A DNA stretch of 62,006 bases, the filler included, from Dimargaris cristalligena (Eukaryota), in assembly GCA_003614675.1 (NCBI GenBank). It is 3 parts of 3 records of this genome, joined end to end, with 100 filler letters (N's around TTAATTAATTAA, not from the genome) between each part and the next. Parts side by side here need not be neighbours in the genome. Positions count along the whole stretch, not along the records: positions 1 to 20,621 come from ML002690.1; positions 20,722 to 41,328 come from ML002691.1; 1 more part is not named here. One strand, written 5' to 3'. Below the pieces are notes generated by a model. It was not told the origin of the DNA, made no database searches, and saw only the letters and a program-made list of their open reading frames with translations. Positions 12,434-23,770 of this stretch are shown here, one piece after another; position 1 is the first letter of the stretch; the number at the start of each line of letters is the position of its first letter. A program made the translations under genes and the position numbers.

Positions 12434-14813
12434 TGCGAGGTGGGCTATTATTACATCGTCTATTTTTATCCAATCGGCTGGTCCACCGAGTGGCCGTTGG
12501 GTGCGACAGTTCATTGTTGCAGGGTATTGTTTTAATGGTGGGGAGGGTGATCGTGCGAATGCATCTTTGTGACGGAGAGGTTAATCCTTTAATTTCCTTG
12601 AGCCAAGCGATACCCAACTGGCCGTCCCGTTGGGAGGGGGCGATATTTTATTTTATTTTAGTTTAGTTTAGTTTAGTTTTCATATACATGTATATTAGCG
12701 GGGGGAATTGTAATTCCGACCATACCAATGCAGTGCCATTTGGTATCATTGATTTCCCTTACTATCCATTGGTTTTGCGTACCTAAACCCTGTTTCTTTA
12801 ATTCGATATTAGTATGGGGGTCGGGCGAGGGAGGGGCGGTGGTCCTTAACCGAAGCTATCACGCGACGACCATTTCCTTATATTTCATTTTCCTTATCCG
12901 AGGGTGATTGGGCGCCGAACAAGAGGGTTCTTCCAATAATTACGCGGGCGCGTCATGGGTTGAGGAGCAGAGCGGGCGACGATTACCATGATCTATTTGG
13001 CTACTATACTTTTCCCCCAAAAGGCTTGGTCAGCGGGTAAAGTTATGGCATCGTATAATCCTACCCGGTCTACTACCGCTACTGCAAGTTGAGGTGCGCG
13101 GTTAGTAACCTTGCTTGTTATACTGTAGTAATACCGGTGCGGGCCTATCTCTCGCATCTCTTGGCGCGTCACTGTTTTCTCTATTTTCTACCCTTTAATT
13201 TAGGGTGTCTTTGTAGGCCAAAGGAGCGGAGGAGGGAGAGGGCGGTTGGCACTAATGGATTCGTTAGGACCTGCGGATGCCATGAATTCCGATTGTTCCC
13301 CTCGTACGCCGGCCTGTTAGGGCTGTGCGCTTCTCTCATTTGGGCTCTCCTTGTTCTCCGTCTACCATCGACCAATTCCATCCTCATATTTAGTGATTAT
13401 AGGGCCATCTCTCCCTTTTCCCTTTCTTTCCCCTTTCGTCTATTCCAGTCGGCTCTGTTACTTCGAAGCATCTCGGATTCCGCCTCCTATTCCACTCATA
13501 TCCCCCTCGCAGTCCCTCTCCCAAGGCCTTTTATTTTCCATCTGCTTTATTGCCTCTCCCGTTCCCAAGGGTCCATGGTATTTATATCTACGTATATCCC
13601 TGCCACCCCAGCCCGTTTTCCTTTTGACCGTGCTTGAAATTGATGTTTTATAGAACATGATATAATACTGGCCTGCTTTATCCATTCATATGGTCGCCTC
13701 TTTATGTTTAGTTCCCCTTCACTAGATTGTATAATTGCTTCTTTCCATCCTATCGTTTGTACTATTTGATTTATTACACACGGCTACTGTCCTGCGGAGT
13801 TCCTCTTCATCAGCGAACTTACTAAGGCTGTTCGCTATATCACCATTCCCTGTTCCCTTTTAATCCATCATTGAAGCAGTGTTCCATTGTTCACTTTTAT
13901 TACCAACTTCATCCATCGTTTTTCAAGCCCTTCAGCCTATATCTCACCCCTCGGAAACTGGGGCTGGCTGGATTGGGCACTCCCATATTGTTATTTTTTA
14001 ATAGATTCCCTGTATTCGGCGGTCTTTTGCTGCTTTTGTCATTTCCCTTTACTCGTTTTCATTTTCATCAGCGTTGTTTCGTTACAGTGTCGTTGCACGC
14101 ACCATAGCCCTGCTCAGGCGACACTTGTTGAACCATCGCCGGTTACACCTACTTACCTACTATACGCCTACAGTACGCCGATTCTCTCGGTCGTATCGCC
14201 TGTATTTCCCAATCGGCGTTCACCAAGGCCATTCCTTTCTCTCTTTCCCTCCCCTCCCCACGCTCCTTTTCTCGTTGCGACTGTGGATTTTATTCGCCCT
14301 CTTCGCCTACGCTGCTATACCTCTCAATAACCTCTGCACCAGCGTCGACAGACGCATACTGCTTGTCTACCTATTCTCCCCCCATTTAACTGGACACGCC
14401 CCTCCGCCCTTTGACCTCCCAGCTCTGCCTCATTTGGGCACCTCCTTTCGCCTTTATTATTATTATTATTAATTAACTCCTCCGAGGTCCCGGCTTGTAC
14501 TAACTAACCCCTCTCCTGCTACTCTCTATATTGTCCTATCTCTTTCTCTTCTGTATACTTTAACGCGCTTTTATTTTTATATATATTGTTGGCTCGTTTT
14601 TTTACTCTTATCGGGTTTGATTGGCGAACTTACCTGCCTCTTCTCTATATACCTCCGCTATCCTGCGCATAATCGGGCTTCACACTGGCTGTGTTCCTGA
14701 ATGCCCAGCATATCGCCCGCACTATGAAACTCACACATATTCTTCTCTCTAGCCCGCCTCGCCGACGACCATCCCCGCCAAGGGTTACTGCCCGTACATC
14801 TCCCTCGTCCGCT

Positions 14814-16463
14814 ATGGGTTCGCTTGTTTCATCCAGTGTCTTATTGCTTTTGGTGGCCCTCCTTGGTTCGACCCAGGAAGCCGCGGCGGATACCACCGGC
14901 TGTTTTTCACTTGCCAAGTCGAAATACTGCGGGGCAGGGTTCGGCAACTACCAACTCTCCCAGTTTATTTACGTCGGCGGTGTTACGGTCTCCAATGTCG
15001 TTCAGTTCGACCGGGTGCTCGACAGTTACCTAGGTTCCGCCGCCGACCACGCCGACACCAACCGGGAGTTGGGTTGCTCGGGCTGGGACGGTGGCCAGGC
15101 CCCCCGCTATCGGATTTCCTACCTCTGCCGGTCATACTTGGCCAACACCTCGTCCCAGCAGTGCAACTTGGGCATTTCCCCCCCTTCCCTATGCCGAGCC
15201 AGTTGTCTGGAATACACCGAGGGCTGGGGTCCCATCGTGTCCAACAGCACCGCCTGTCCGAACCAGGGCCTGGCCAAGACCATTTGGAAAGACCTGGTGG
15301 CCTCGTGCGACAGTCCATACTACAGTGGTACCGAGACGGAACAGTGTGTCGACGGGGCGGTGAATGAGGCCGATACCTGTGGGTTTGGCCCGAAAGACGA
15401 TGTCTCGATTTGCAGTTACTGTTCCGGCCCCAGCTCAACCCGGGATGCCTGTTGCCGTACGGCTATCCCCGCCTACCAGTGTACTACCCATGACCCCACC
15501 GACAAGGCCAACAATAATGGTAGTGGTAATGATGACCCGGACTCCCAGGATGGGGGTGACAGTGCTGGACTGAGCCCCGGTCGGATTGCGGCCATCGTCG
15601 TGCCCTCAGTCGTGGGTAGTCTACTGTTGTTGGCCCTACTGGCTTTTATTCTCCATCGCCGTAAACGTATCGAGGCCGAGAAGAATGAACTTTTCCCCCA
15701 CGTCAGTGCATCGTCGCAGCGCCTGCTCAATATGGCTCCCGGTGCGCTCGCAGCCGCCGCCGTGGCCGCTAATGGCTCGAACCAATCGTTTGAACCGGTC
15801 CAGTGCCGAGTGGTGTACCCCTTTACCCCGCGCATGGACGACGAAGTCCAACTTACACCCGGGGACATTTTACTCCTGCTCAAGATTTTCGACGACGGCT
15901 GGGCCGTGGCTAACAATTTGACCACCGGTCGGGAAGGTGCCATGCCCCTGGTGTGCGTAACCCCTTACCACCCCGACAGTGCCCAAGGCTCTAAATCCGA
16001 AGAGGGTGAGGGCGGCGACGGTACAACGACTTCCCGGGCTGGTGGCGAGGGAACCGATAGCTCAGGTGGTAATGCCACCCGGGGCGTCTTGAACGATACG
16101 TTCAGTAGCTCCGGCGGCAGTAGCGTCGCCGCGGCCGCTGGGGTAGGGGCGGTGGCCGCTGCGGGGGTGGGCACGATAAGTAACCCCCATTTGCGCTCCA
16201 CTGACCTATCGTCCTCTGAACACGGCGCTTACCATACCGATACGTTTAGTGCTGACGAAATTGAACGCAGTCTGTCTAGTTTGAACGCCTCGGCCGCCGC
16301 CATTGCTGCGGCGGTATCCGCGGCCACGGGGTCCCACTCCTCCATTCCTAATCGGGTCAGCGGTTCTGTGCACGACAGCCAAATTCCCCGGCGGTCGAGT
16401 TCGAAACGGCCGAAAAAACGCGGAATGATTAGCTCCCTCAACGATAGTCAAGAGTCGGCCTAG
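14814..16463 (+). CDS. Single-pass membrane protein: signal peptide, Cys-rich (Frizzled-CRD-like) ectodomain, TM helix, cytoplasmic SH3 domain
   Basis: Signal-like MGSLVSSSVLLLLVALLGSTQEAAA. The ectodomain has about 15 Cys, including LC...C...SLCRASC. TM IAAIVVPSVVGSLLLLALLAFIL is followed by HRRKR. SH3: VVYPFTPRMDDEVQLTPGD...DDGWA...GAMPLVCV. An alternative in-frame ATG lies at 14724. Confidence 0.88.
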   Translation: MGSLVSSSVLLLLVALLGSTQEAAADTTGCFSLAKSKYCGAGFGNYQLSQFIYVGGVTVSNVVQFDRVLDSYLGSAADHADTNRELGCSGWDGGQAPRYRISYLCRSYLANTSSQQCNLGISPPSLCRASCLEYTEGWGPIVSNSTACPNQGLAKTIWKDLVASCDSPYYSGTETEQCVDGAVNEADTCGFGPKDDVSICSYCSGPSSTRDACCRTAIPAYQCTTHDPTDKANNNGSGNDDPDSQDGGDSAGLSPGRIAAIVVPSVVGSLLLLALLAFILHRRKRIEAEKNELFPHVSASSQRLLNMAPGALAAAAVAANGSNQSFEPVQCRVVYPFTPRMDDEVQLTPGDILLLLKIFDDGWAVANNLTTGREGAMPLVCVTPYHPDSAQGSKSEEGEGGDGTTTSRAGGEGTDSSGGNATRGVLNDTFSSSGGSSVAAAAGVGAVAAAGVGTISNPHLRSTDLSSSEHGAYHTDTFSADEIERSLSSLNASAAAIAAAVSAATGSHSSIPNRVSGSVHDSQIPRRSSSKRPKKRGMISSLNDSQESA

Positions 16464-17932
16464 ATTGATATATATTTATATATACTCCCATTAAGGGATT
16501 GTGTTCTTTCTAGCCTTGCCCTTGTAATCCCCCCTCTTGAGTAGGCAGGGTGTCAGTGGAATGGAGAGTATGAGGAGTTTTGTTGATCATTATTGCACTT
16601 TGTTAGATCCAGTTGTATCCCCCCTTTTCTAGCGGGGATGACACTCTATTTTTATTTTAGGTTAATAGTAATTATCATTACCATTGTGGCAACACTTGCG
16701 TGCCCACATTGGTTCTTTTAATCAAATTTATTTATTGCCTTGTCATTGTTGACATGGGCTGATTCTTCGGTTTGACTATTCCCGATGTTTCCGTCAATGT
16801 TGTTGCGTTTTAGCCTCTCGCCTTTCATCTCTTTTGTGTCACCCCTCTTCACTCTCTCCACCCAACCTGGCTTTTATTATTCTGCCCCCCAATCATTCCA
16901 GCTTTCTCGTGTCGTTTGATAAATCTATATGTGTTCGTTGGTTTCGTTTTTCGCCACATTAGCCACCTCCTCTTTCTCCCCCACCCCTCCGCATAACTGT
17001 GATATACATGTACTAATTCCGTAACCCTTTACACTTCTTTTTTTAATATTTAAAGTTCTTTGTTCGTTTGGTTTATTTCCTCCCGCATCTCTCACTTTTG
17101 GTGTATTCCTGCTTCCACTGCTTCCACAGAGTTAAATGCCCACACCATGCACCCATGTCTTCTTCCCCGTGCGCGTGCGTCTCTCTACACATATATATTT
17201 ATACATAAAAATCATGTTACCCCACCTGACTTCAAACTGATGTGATTCACGCAGTAGGCCATTGCTGATTAAGACACTGCCTGAAAGTTCCATTAGTTGC
17301 TGACTTCACTTTTACTTAAAAGTGGATCCAGAAATACCCAACTTGGACTCCAAGTCCTCCAGCATGTGATATATAGTAGGAGTTGAATACTCAATTAATG
17401 ATGCAAGGAAAGTCACATATGCTCAATTACACAATACATAATACTAAAAAGCCCGTTGCTATAAGGGAGAGGTTCCGTCTAGTTGAATAACCAAATATTC
17501 GTTTGATGAGACTAACCGTGCTATAGTTCAACCAAAATGGCTAATAATATATTTTTCCGTGTTAAGTTCATGCTAAATCCTATACAGTTGGGTTAAATTT
17601 CATCCATATGGATGGGACATTATGGGTGAAATTTGGCTTTTTTTAGTGGCAGAATATAACTCCCGAAAGGATACAGTGTGTTTTATGTGTGTGCACCACC
17701 CTTTCCGCAGTCCCCTCTATTTGGCTATCTCACAACTAGGCGTATCTTCACAGCCCAGTCTTACCTACAGCTTTAGTTTCGCCGACTTTCCTTCTCATCG
17801 CCTGTGCTTCGCTTAAAATATTATTTCTTCTCGTCTGCCTACCGGGTCAAACTCATGCCCTACTGCTTCGTATATTCTCCCCCTCCCTACCTTACTACCA
17901 GCCCCGCTCACCCACTTATTACCGTTGTCGCC

Positions 17933-19946
17933 ATGCGTCTCCGCACGCTCATTTCCAACCCGCCCATTCTCGTCAGTAAGTAGACTCTCCGATTTCTACC
18001 ACCCCCTTGGTCTCCGATTTCTACCCCGTTCTCCTCACTTAGGGTGGTTAGTTTGTCTTGCGCGTAGCTTGGATTACCCGGTGCCTAACCCCTTATTTTT
18101 TTTGGGTCGCCGGTCGATACCATGTACCCACACCACACCACACCACTCCACCCCCCGCCACCCCCACCCGCTGCTCCGCGTTGGCGCTTCTTGATTAGAA
18201 ATGGCCCAGAGCTTCGAGAAACTGGCCAAATCTTGCATTATCCGATTTACCCCTACCAATGTGCGCTTCATTGTCAAAACCGACTCCGAGGGGGGTGTCC
18301 AAGTATGGTCGTAAGTTCATTCATTTGGTATTAGTACTATTAGTATACCGATCATATTTTTAGTTGATGGGTGACAGTATCACTGGTGGTCATCATTACT
18401 TAATACTCCGGACTTCCTGTATCAGCTTAGTTAACGAGTTCAGGTGCTGCGGGTTTGATTCTATTGACTACCACGCAAATGTTTAACTCCGGCTGGGCAC
18501 ACATCGCCTGGTTATTCATGACCCATTCCTTACTTCAGACAACTCACACCGGTAAGCTCCAGTCCCGCACTATTCAATTCACATTTCTATCACTAGTTAA
18601 TTGATGACCATACCGTGTTTCATGATTTGCTATTAACCGCCACTATGCCTGCGACGTCAATTTTTCTATAATACTCATAATACTAATAATACCACACATA
18701 TCGATCCTACCCTGCAATCTAACCGCCCACTTACATCATATTTTAGGAGCACGTCTTTAGCGAGTACACCGTGAGTAGCATGTACGATAATGAAATTAAT
18801 CTCGAAATGGTACTGGAACATTTCCTTCGGGCGTTGCGGTCGAGTCAAAATGCCTTGAGCGTCACCATGCGACTAGCCAAGAAAGAGGGTATCCCATTAC
18901 TCTCGGTTGTCATTTCCAATCAAGTTAGTCAAATTTATATTTTTATCCAGTCTTGGCCTAGTATTCCCCCCTCCCTTTAAGATCTTATGATTGTGGTGCA
19001 TTATTCGGTATCCTAGGATTGATTTAACTAAATGGGCGATTTATCCTTTATTTTCTTTATCGCTATTGTCCAATTCAACAATCTAGAGCCGAACGGGGAA
19101 AGTCATGGCCCTAAACCAGGATGTTCCCGTACGGGTACTAGGACCACGTCAAATTGATCATATTCGCGAACCCCTTGTACCCGAACCTCAGGTAATATTC
19201 GATAAATGCTATTTAGCATTATAGTCAAGTCTTGATTCGCATCCTACATACAATGGGTGTAGTCAAATAACCCAACTACACATATATCAATTATACTGAC
19301 ATTTTTTTTATGCATCCCTATTTATTTATTTAGGTCAACATTTTAATGCCCTCTTTAACCAATATCCGTTCCATCGTGGAACGCATGAAAACCATCAGCA
19401 ATACCCTCGAAATTTCCGCCAACACCAACGGCGAATTCCGGCTCAAGGTCGAAAGTGAACTTGTGGAAATCGTCACCTACTATAAGAACCTGATCAACCC
19501 TGAATTGGACCTAGTCTCCCAGCCGGCCGGGGGCGAGGCAGGGTCCACCCGCCCCGGCGCCTCCGAACCGGGCCAGTCTGAAGAAGGAGGGGGTCCTTCC
19601 CGCGATTTCGTCAGTGCTCAGGTTGACATTCGCAACTTCACCAAGTTCCTGCATAGTCACCACGTAGTGCCCAACAATGTCGTTTGCTGTAAGTCGTTGA
19701 TCCAGTGGGCAGTAGTAGTAGTATATGTTATAGCTTAATTTTGTTTTATTATCAAGCTCAGTCCATGGAACTCACCCGACTAATACAATACTCCGCTTCA
19801 TCTACCCTTCACTCCCCTCCCCATCAGGTATAATTGAGAATTTCGCTGTAGTGATTCACGTGTACGTCAACTCTTCCCTCACCTCATTCTTCGGTCAGCA
19901 AAATTTTGCGGCCCTAACTTACTACATACCAGTCAAGCACCAATGA
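17933..19946 (+). CDS. HUS1: 9-1-1 checkpoint clamp subunit Hus1/Mec3 (7 exons, about 307 aa)
   Basis: Exons 17933-17975, 18199-18310, 18539-18551, 18747-18923, 19087-19191, 19334-19688, 19828-19946, all in phase. Protein: MRLRTLI...KSCIIRFTP...GVQVWSQL...FSEYTVSS...NEINLE...LRALRS...QDVPVRVL...REP...IVERMK...ISANTNGEFRL...LTYYIP*. Confidence 0.93.
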
Positions 19947-20199
19947 GAACGAGGTTGTTATGGTGAACAATATTGCATACATTGACCTCTGTGACCTATT
20001 TCCCTTATGTAAAATAACCCATTGCCGGGATGAATGATAGGAAAAATAAATACACCGTATACCTCTACATTTGTCTTCTCTTTAAGAACTTAGGAAGTAT
20101 TTTACAGCTCCACCTAATGGTCATGTGGTTCAAAAAATAAAACGCAGAGTTTTTTAAAAAATGTATACCCCCTACAGGGAGATATAGAAAATAATGAAA

Positions 20200-20271
20200 G
20201 GGCTTGACCGGGAATCGAACCCGGGACCTCGCCCACCCGAAGGGCGAATTATACCACTAAACCATCAAGCC
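20200..20271 (-). tRNA. tRNA-Pro(CGG)
   Basis: Minus strand: acceptor stem GGCTTGA/TCAAGCC plus discriminator C; anticodon arm CGCCC-TT-CGG-GT-GGGCG; T arm CCGGG-TTCGATT-CCCGG; A box TGGTTTAGTGG. 72 nt, no intron. Confidence 0.96.
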
Positions 20272-20621
20272 ACTCACATGTGTTGTGACAGGTACTGAAC
20301 ACCCTTAAGCTTTGGTGATGTCACCGATGATGTACCTAACGTCCATTAATCAAATTACTACCGTTTTACTATATTTAGCTTAGTTTATCAATTGCAATGT
20401 CATATCATAGCTATATCCATTTATCACCTTCTATATCATAGTTATATTTCGTTTATCACTTGCTGTTTTCATCTATCTCTTTATATATCATTAGTGCAGC
20501 GTATTTACCTTTTATCTGAAGTATACAATAGCAGAACCAGCGTAGATAGAATCATCTATTATATTTACTGCCCAATATTTTCGGGGTATAAATACCCCTT
20601 CAAATCGCAACCTGAACACTG

Positions 20622-20721
20622 NNNNNNNNNNNNNNNNNNNNNNNNNNNNNNNNNNNNNNNNNNNNTTAATTAATTAANNNNNNNNNNNNNNNNNNNNNNN
20701 NNNNNNNNNNNNNNNNNNNNN
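20622..20721. other. Assembly spacer (N44-TTAATTAATTAA-N44)
   Basis: Exactly 100 bp with a central 12-mer that gives stops in all six frames. Identical to the spacer at 41329. Confidence 0.97.
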
Positions 20722-22424
20722 AGGGAGTCAGGTGACCACTCTAGTTCAGGGGGACCGATTCCCTCTGATGGTGGCAATATGAATGATAATGTCAAGAGTA
20801 TTTGGCAGGAGCAGAACAGAGAAGAGATTTGACTACAGTGTGTCTCTCTTAAGTGGCAGCATCCCTACTGAGTGTGAAGGATATATCTACCATAGCAATA
20901 ATAATAGGAATGGGTATAGTGTTAGAAATATTAATGTTAGCCAATTTGACGAATTGATTCAGCAAAACTAAACGCTTTCTCCTCGAAACATACTAGCAGT
21001 CAAAGCCGCGCAGGGGGATGTATGAGACAGATCTTTGTCGATGGCCGCCTTTCGACAGAATCTACAAAGGAGGAGGAGGTGCTACACAACTGCGGGATGT
21101 GCGGAAGGACACGGGGCCGTGACCTCTCCTCGACCTTGATGCTTCAACCAATCACTAATTATTATTTTCCCCTGTGCAAATAAATAGCCACTTCTAAATG
21201 TTGCAAAGCAAACGACAACAGACAATAATGGACACCAGAAGGGGCGGGTAGTAAGGACAGCGCCTCTCTACGATTCTAGAATAAGCAGGGAAACCCCCCA
21301 AGTATATCTACCTACCTCTCTCTGCACATGGTACTTCCAAGAAGGGAAGGGAAGGGGGAAAGGAGAGGAGGAATGCTAATCCCTTCGCTACAATCCTACT
21401 TTCTCACCCGCCAAATGCAATATATATATGGTTACCATTCAATAACACCGTGGCTGTGTGTGTGTGTGTGTGTCACACTTACTCCCAGAAATAGGCCGCG
21501 TAATCAATTGCCCAATGGGCAGGTCACACGATGGGCTTTGTCATTCGCTAGTCAAGGCCAACACGATCGTCTCAATAATGAATGATGATGGATGATATTC
21601 GCTCCCGTTTAGGGCTAGCTGCTTAGATCAACAAAGAACAACACCAACAGCAAAACAGCCCATTCCCATCACCCAACCACAGATTCGGAAATTAGAGAAA
21701 TATCATACTGGCTTGATCTAAATGAGAGTAGTATGTATAATTAATTAATTATAAAGAGATAAATCAATCAAGAGTAGAAAATAATTAAGTGAATCTATAC
21801 GATAATTATAAACCTGGCCCCACTTCATACAACACTCCAACCATCTTAGAGTAATATAATCCAGGCAAGCCGGGTTAACGCGATGGCATAGAATGGACAC
21901 CACAAGCGAAGGCAGTCAGTCAGTCGAGTCGGTATATAAATATATAAAAAAACTATTAAAAAAGCCGCCGCATAACAGAGGCCGGGGGACATGATCATGA
22001 TGAATTCGACACTGGACTAAGCAATAATGTAACCAAAAAGTAGCCAAAGTTGGGAGTTCTATGGAAAAGAAAGAATAAATGAAGGTGTTGGGAATAATCA
22101 ATAAACTAATAGAAAAAGTTGAGGTCGATGGAAAAAATAGGGGGGAGGGGAGCCGTTGCAAGGGCAGGTGTGGTGGTGCGGGAATGATAGTAATAATAAT
22201 GAAGATGGTAAAATATCCCTATATAGGTATTATTGGAGATGGTTCATCGATTAACAATGAAAATAATAATAACAATAATAATAATATATGGAATAGCAGT
22301 AGGATAGAGGCAGGGGGATGGAGGGAGGTCTTCGGATCTAACCCAAGAAAGAGGAAATGGGCTTTACCAGCGACCCTTAATCCGGCAACCCACCACCATC
22401 GCAGTTCGGTTTTGCGTCTTTCGA

Positions 22425-23770
22425 TTAGGCCACCTTCTTGGCCACCGTCTCGGGCTCAGAGATATCCTCCGAGTCACTGCGGTTATCGTGGGCATTGTTC
22501 CCTGTCAACACCCGGTACAGCACCTTGACAATGAAGTAGGCCCAAATCAGCAAAACAACCTGTAACAGTCCCATGAGCCCTATGAACATATACCGGACCT
22601 CGTGGGTATAATAGATTCCGTTATCGGGGTCCCAGAGATAGGGGTTGTACTGTTCGGGCTCCGTCATGACACTGTGGCCGATCACTAGAAACAGACCGTG
22701 GCGGGTCGCGAACCACACAATGACGAACAGGCCGAACAGGACATCGCAAAGGGCCTGCATCTGGATATAGCGAAACGCCTTGGCACTGCAAAGGAAAATG
22801 TCGGCAACGTCCATGATGCACAGGACGGCGTGGCCGATGCGTACGAAGTTGGTGTAGTACGACGCAATCAGGAGGGTGTTTGTGAGGATATGGTGGACAA
22901 ACATCTCAACGTAATCCCGTCTCCGTTTCTCCACGTGCAGCACAAAGATCTGCTGAATCCAGAAACCGATTTGTGACAGATAGTAGAACTTAAAGAGGCC
23001 GGAGAGTTGTTTGTGGGGATAGCCGATCCAGAAATGACGGGTATCTAACCAGTAGTCACTGTGGTACATGATATACATACCCAATGACCATGATGCCGAA
23101 TAGTAGAGGACCGACCAGCACTGTTCACAGAACCGTTGGGTTTTATCGGGCGTGGTGATACGATTGTACCGGGCCAGCGCCTTGAATATATACTCCATGG
23201 CAAAGGCCCGGATGAAGGTGAAGGCTATTACCCAAAAGGCCACAAAGTACACATCGTCGGGACCGTGGACGTAGACGGGTGGGTCGGACTCGGGCACCTG
23301 GTAGCTCAGTGTCGTGAATTTAAGGGCTAGGGGGTTCTCCAGTTGGTACCCGGTGAAGAAGAGGCAGAGCAGCGCAAATGATAAGTCTATTGGGGGATCC
23401 TCCATACCCAGTAGTAGTCGTAGGCAGAGGAATAGTGGCAGTAGTAGTAGTAGAAAGGTATACATGGTGGTTAGTGATATAAAATCAAAGCTATTTGGTT
23501 CGGGGGTCGTGTGTGCTATGAACGGGGGAATGTATGTTCCGGTCGAGGTTTTCGCTGACCGATCAGCATGGGCTGGAGCTTTTTCCTACTGCGCGGAAGG
23601 CGGGGTTGACTAAGCACCCCCCCCCCCCTCAGTCCGCTGGCAGCAATTAACTGAGGAATAATCACCATCCGGGACTTACCAATTTGATGCCGATCGATGA
23701 AGCCGAGCAACGAGACTCCGGCGGGTGGAAGTGGTTTCTCATCTAGGGCTTTTAGTTGGGACATGGCCAT
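22425..23770 (-). CDS. Ceramide synthase (LAG1/LAC1 family, TLC domain; 2 exons, about 350 aa)
   Basis: Exons 23770-23680 and 23386-22425 (IG|gtaag...aatag|DLSF, in phase). Lag1 motif RRDYVEMFVHHILT...IGHAVLCIMDVADIFLCSAK, plus RFCEQCW and C-terminal DNRSDSED. LAG1 versus LAC1 clade is not resolved. Confidence 0.93.

Noticed and set aside
13089-14472. Several Phe/Leu/Ser/Pro-rich ORFs upstream of the SH3 gene
   Set aside because: Products of a pyrimidine-rich leader or intron tract that is poor in stop codons; no domains.
2655-19946. RAD54 and HUS1 as a DNA-repair cluster
   Set aside because: Separated by more than 11 kb and two unrelated genes; no shared regulatory signal seen.
20666-20677. 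TTAATTAATTAA palindrome inside N runs (also 41373-41384)
   Set aside because: Identical 100-bp construct at both gaps with six-frame stops: an assembly linker. Adjacency across it should not be trusted.
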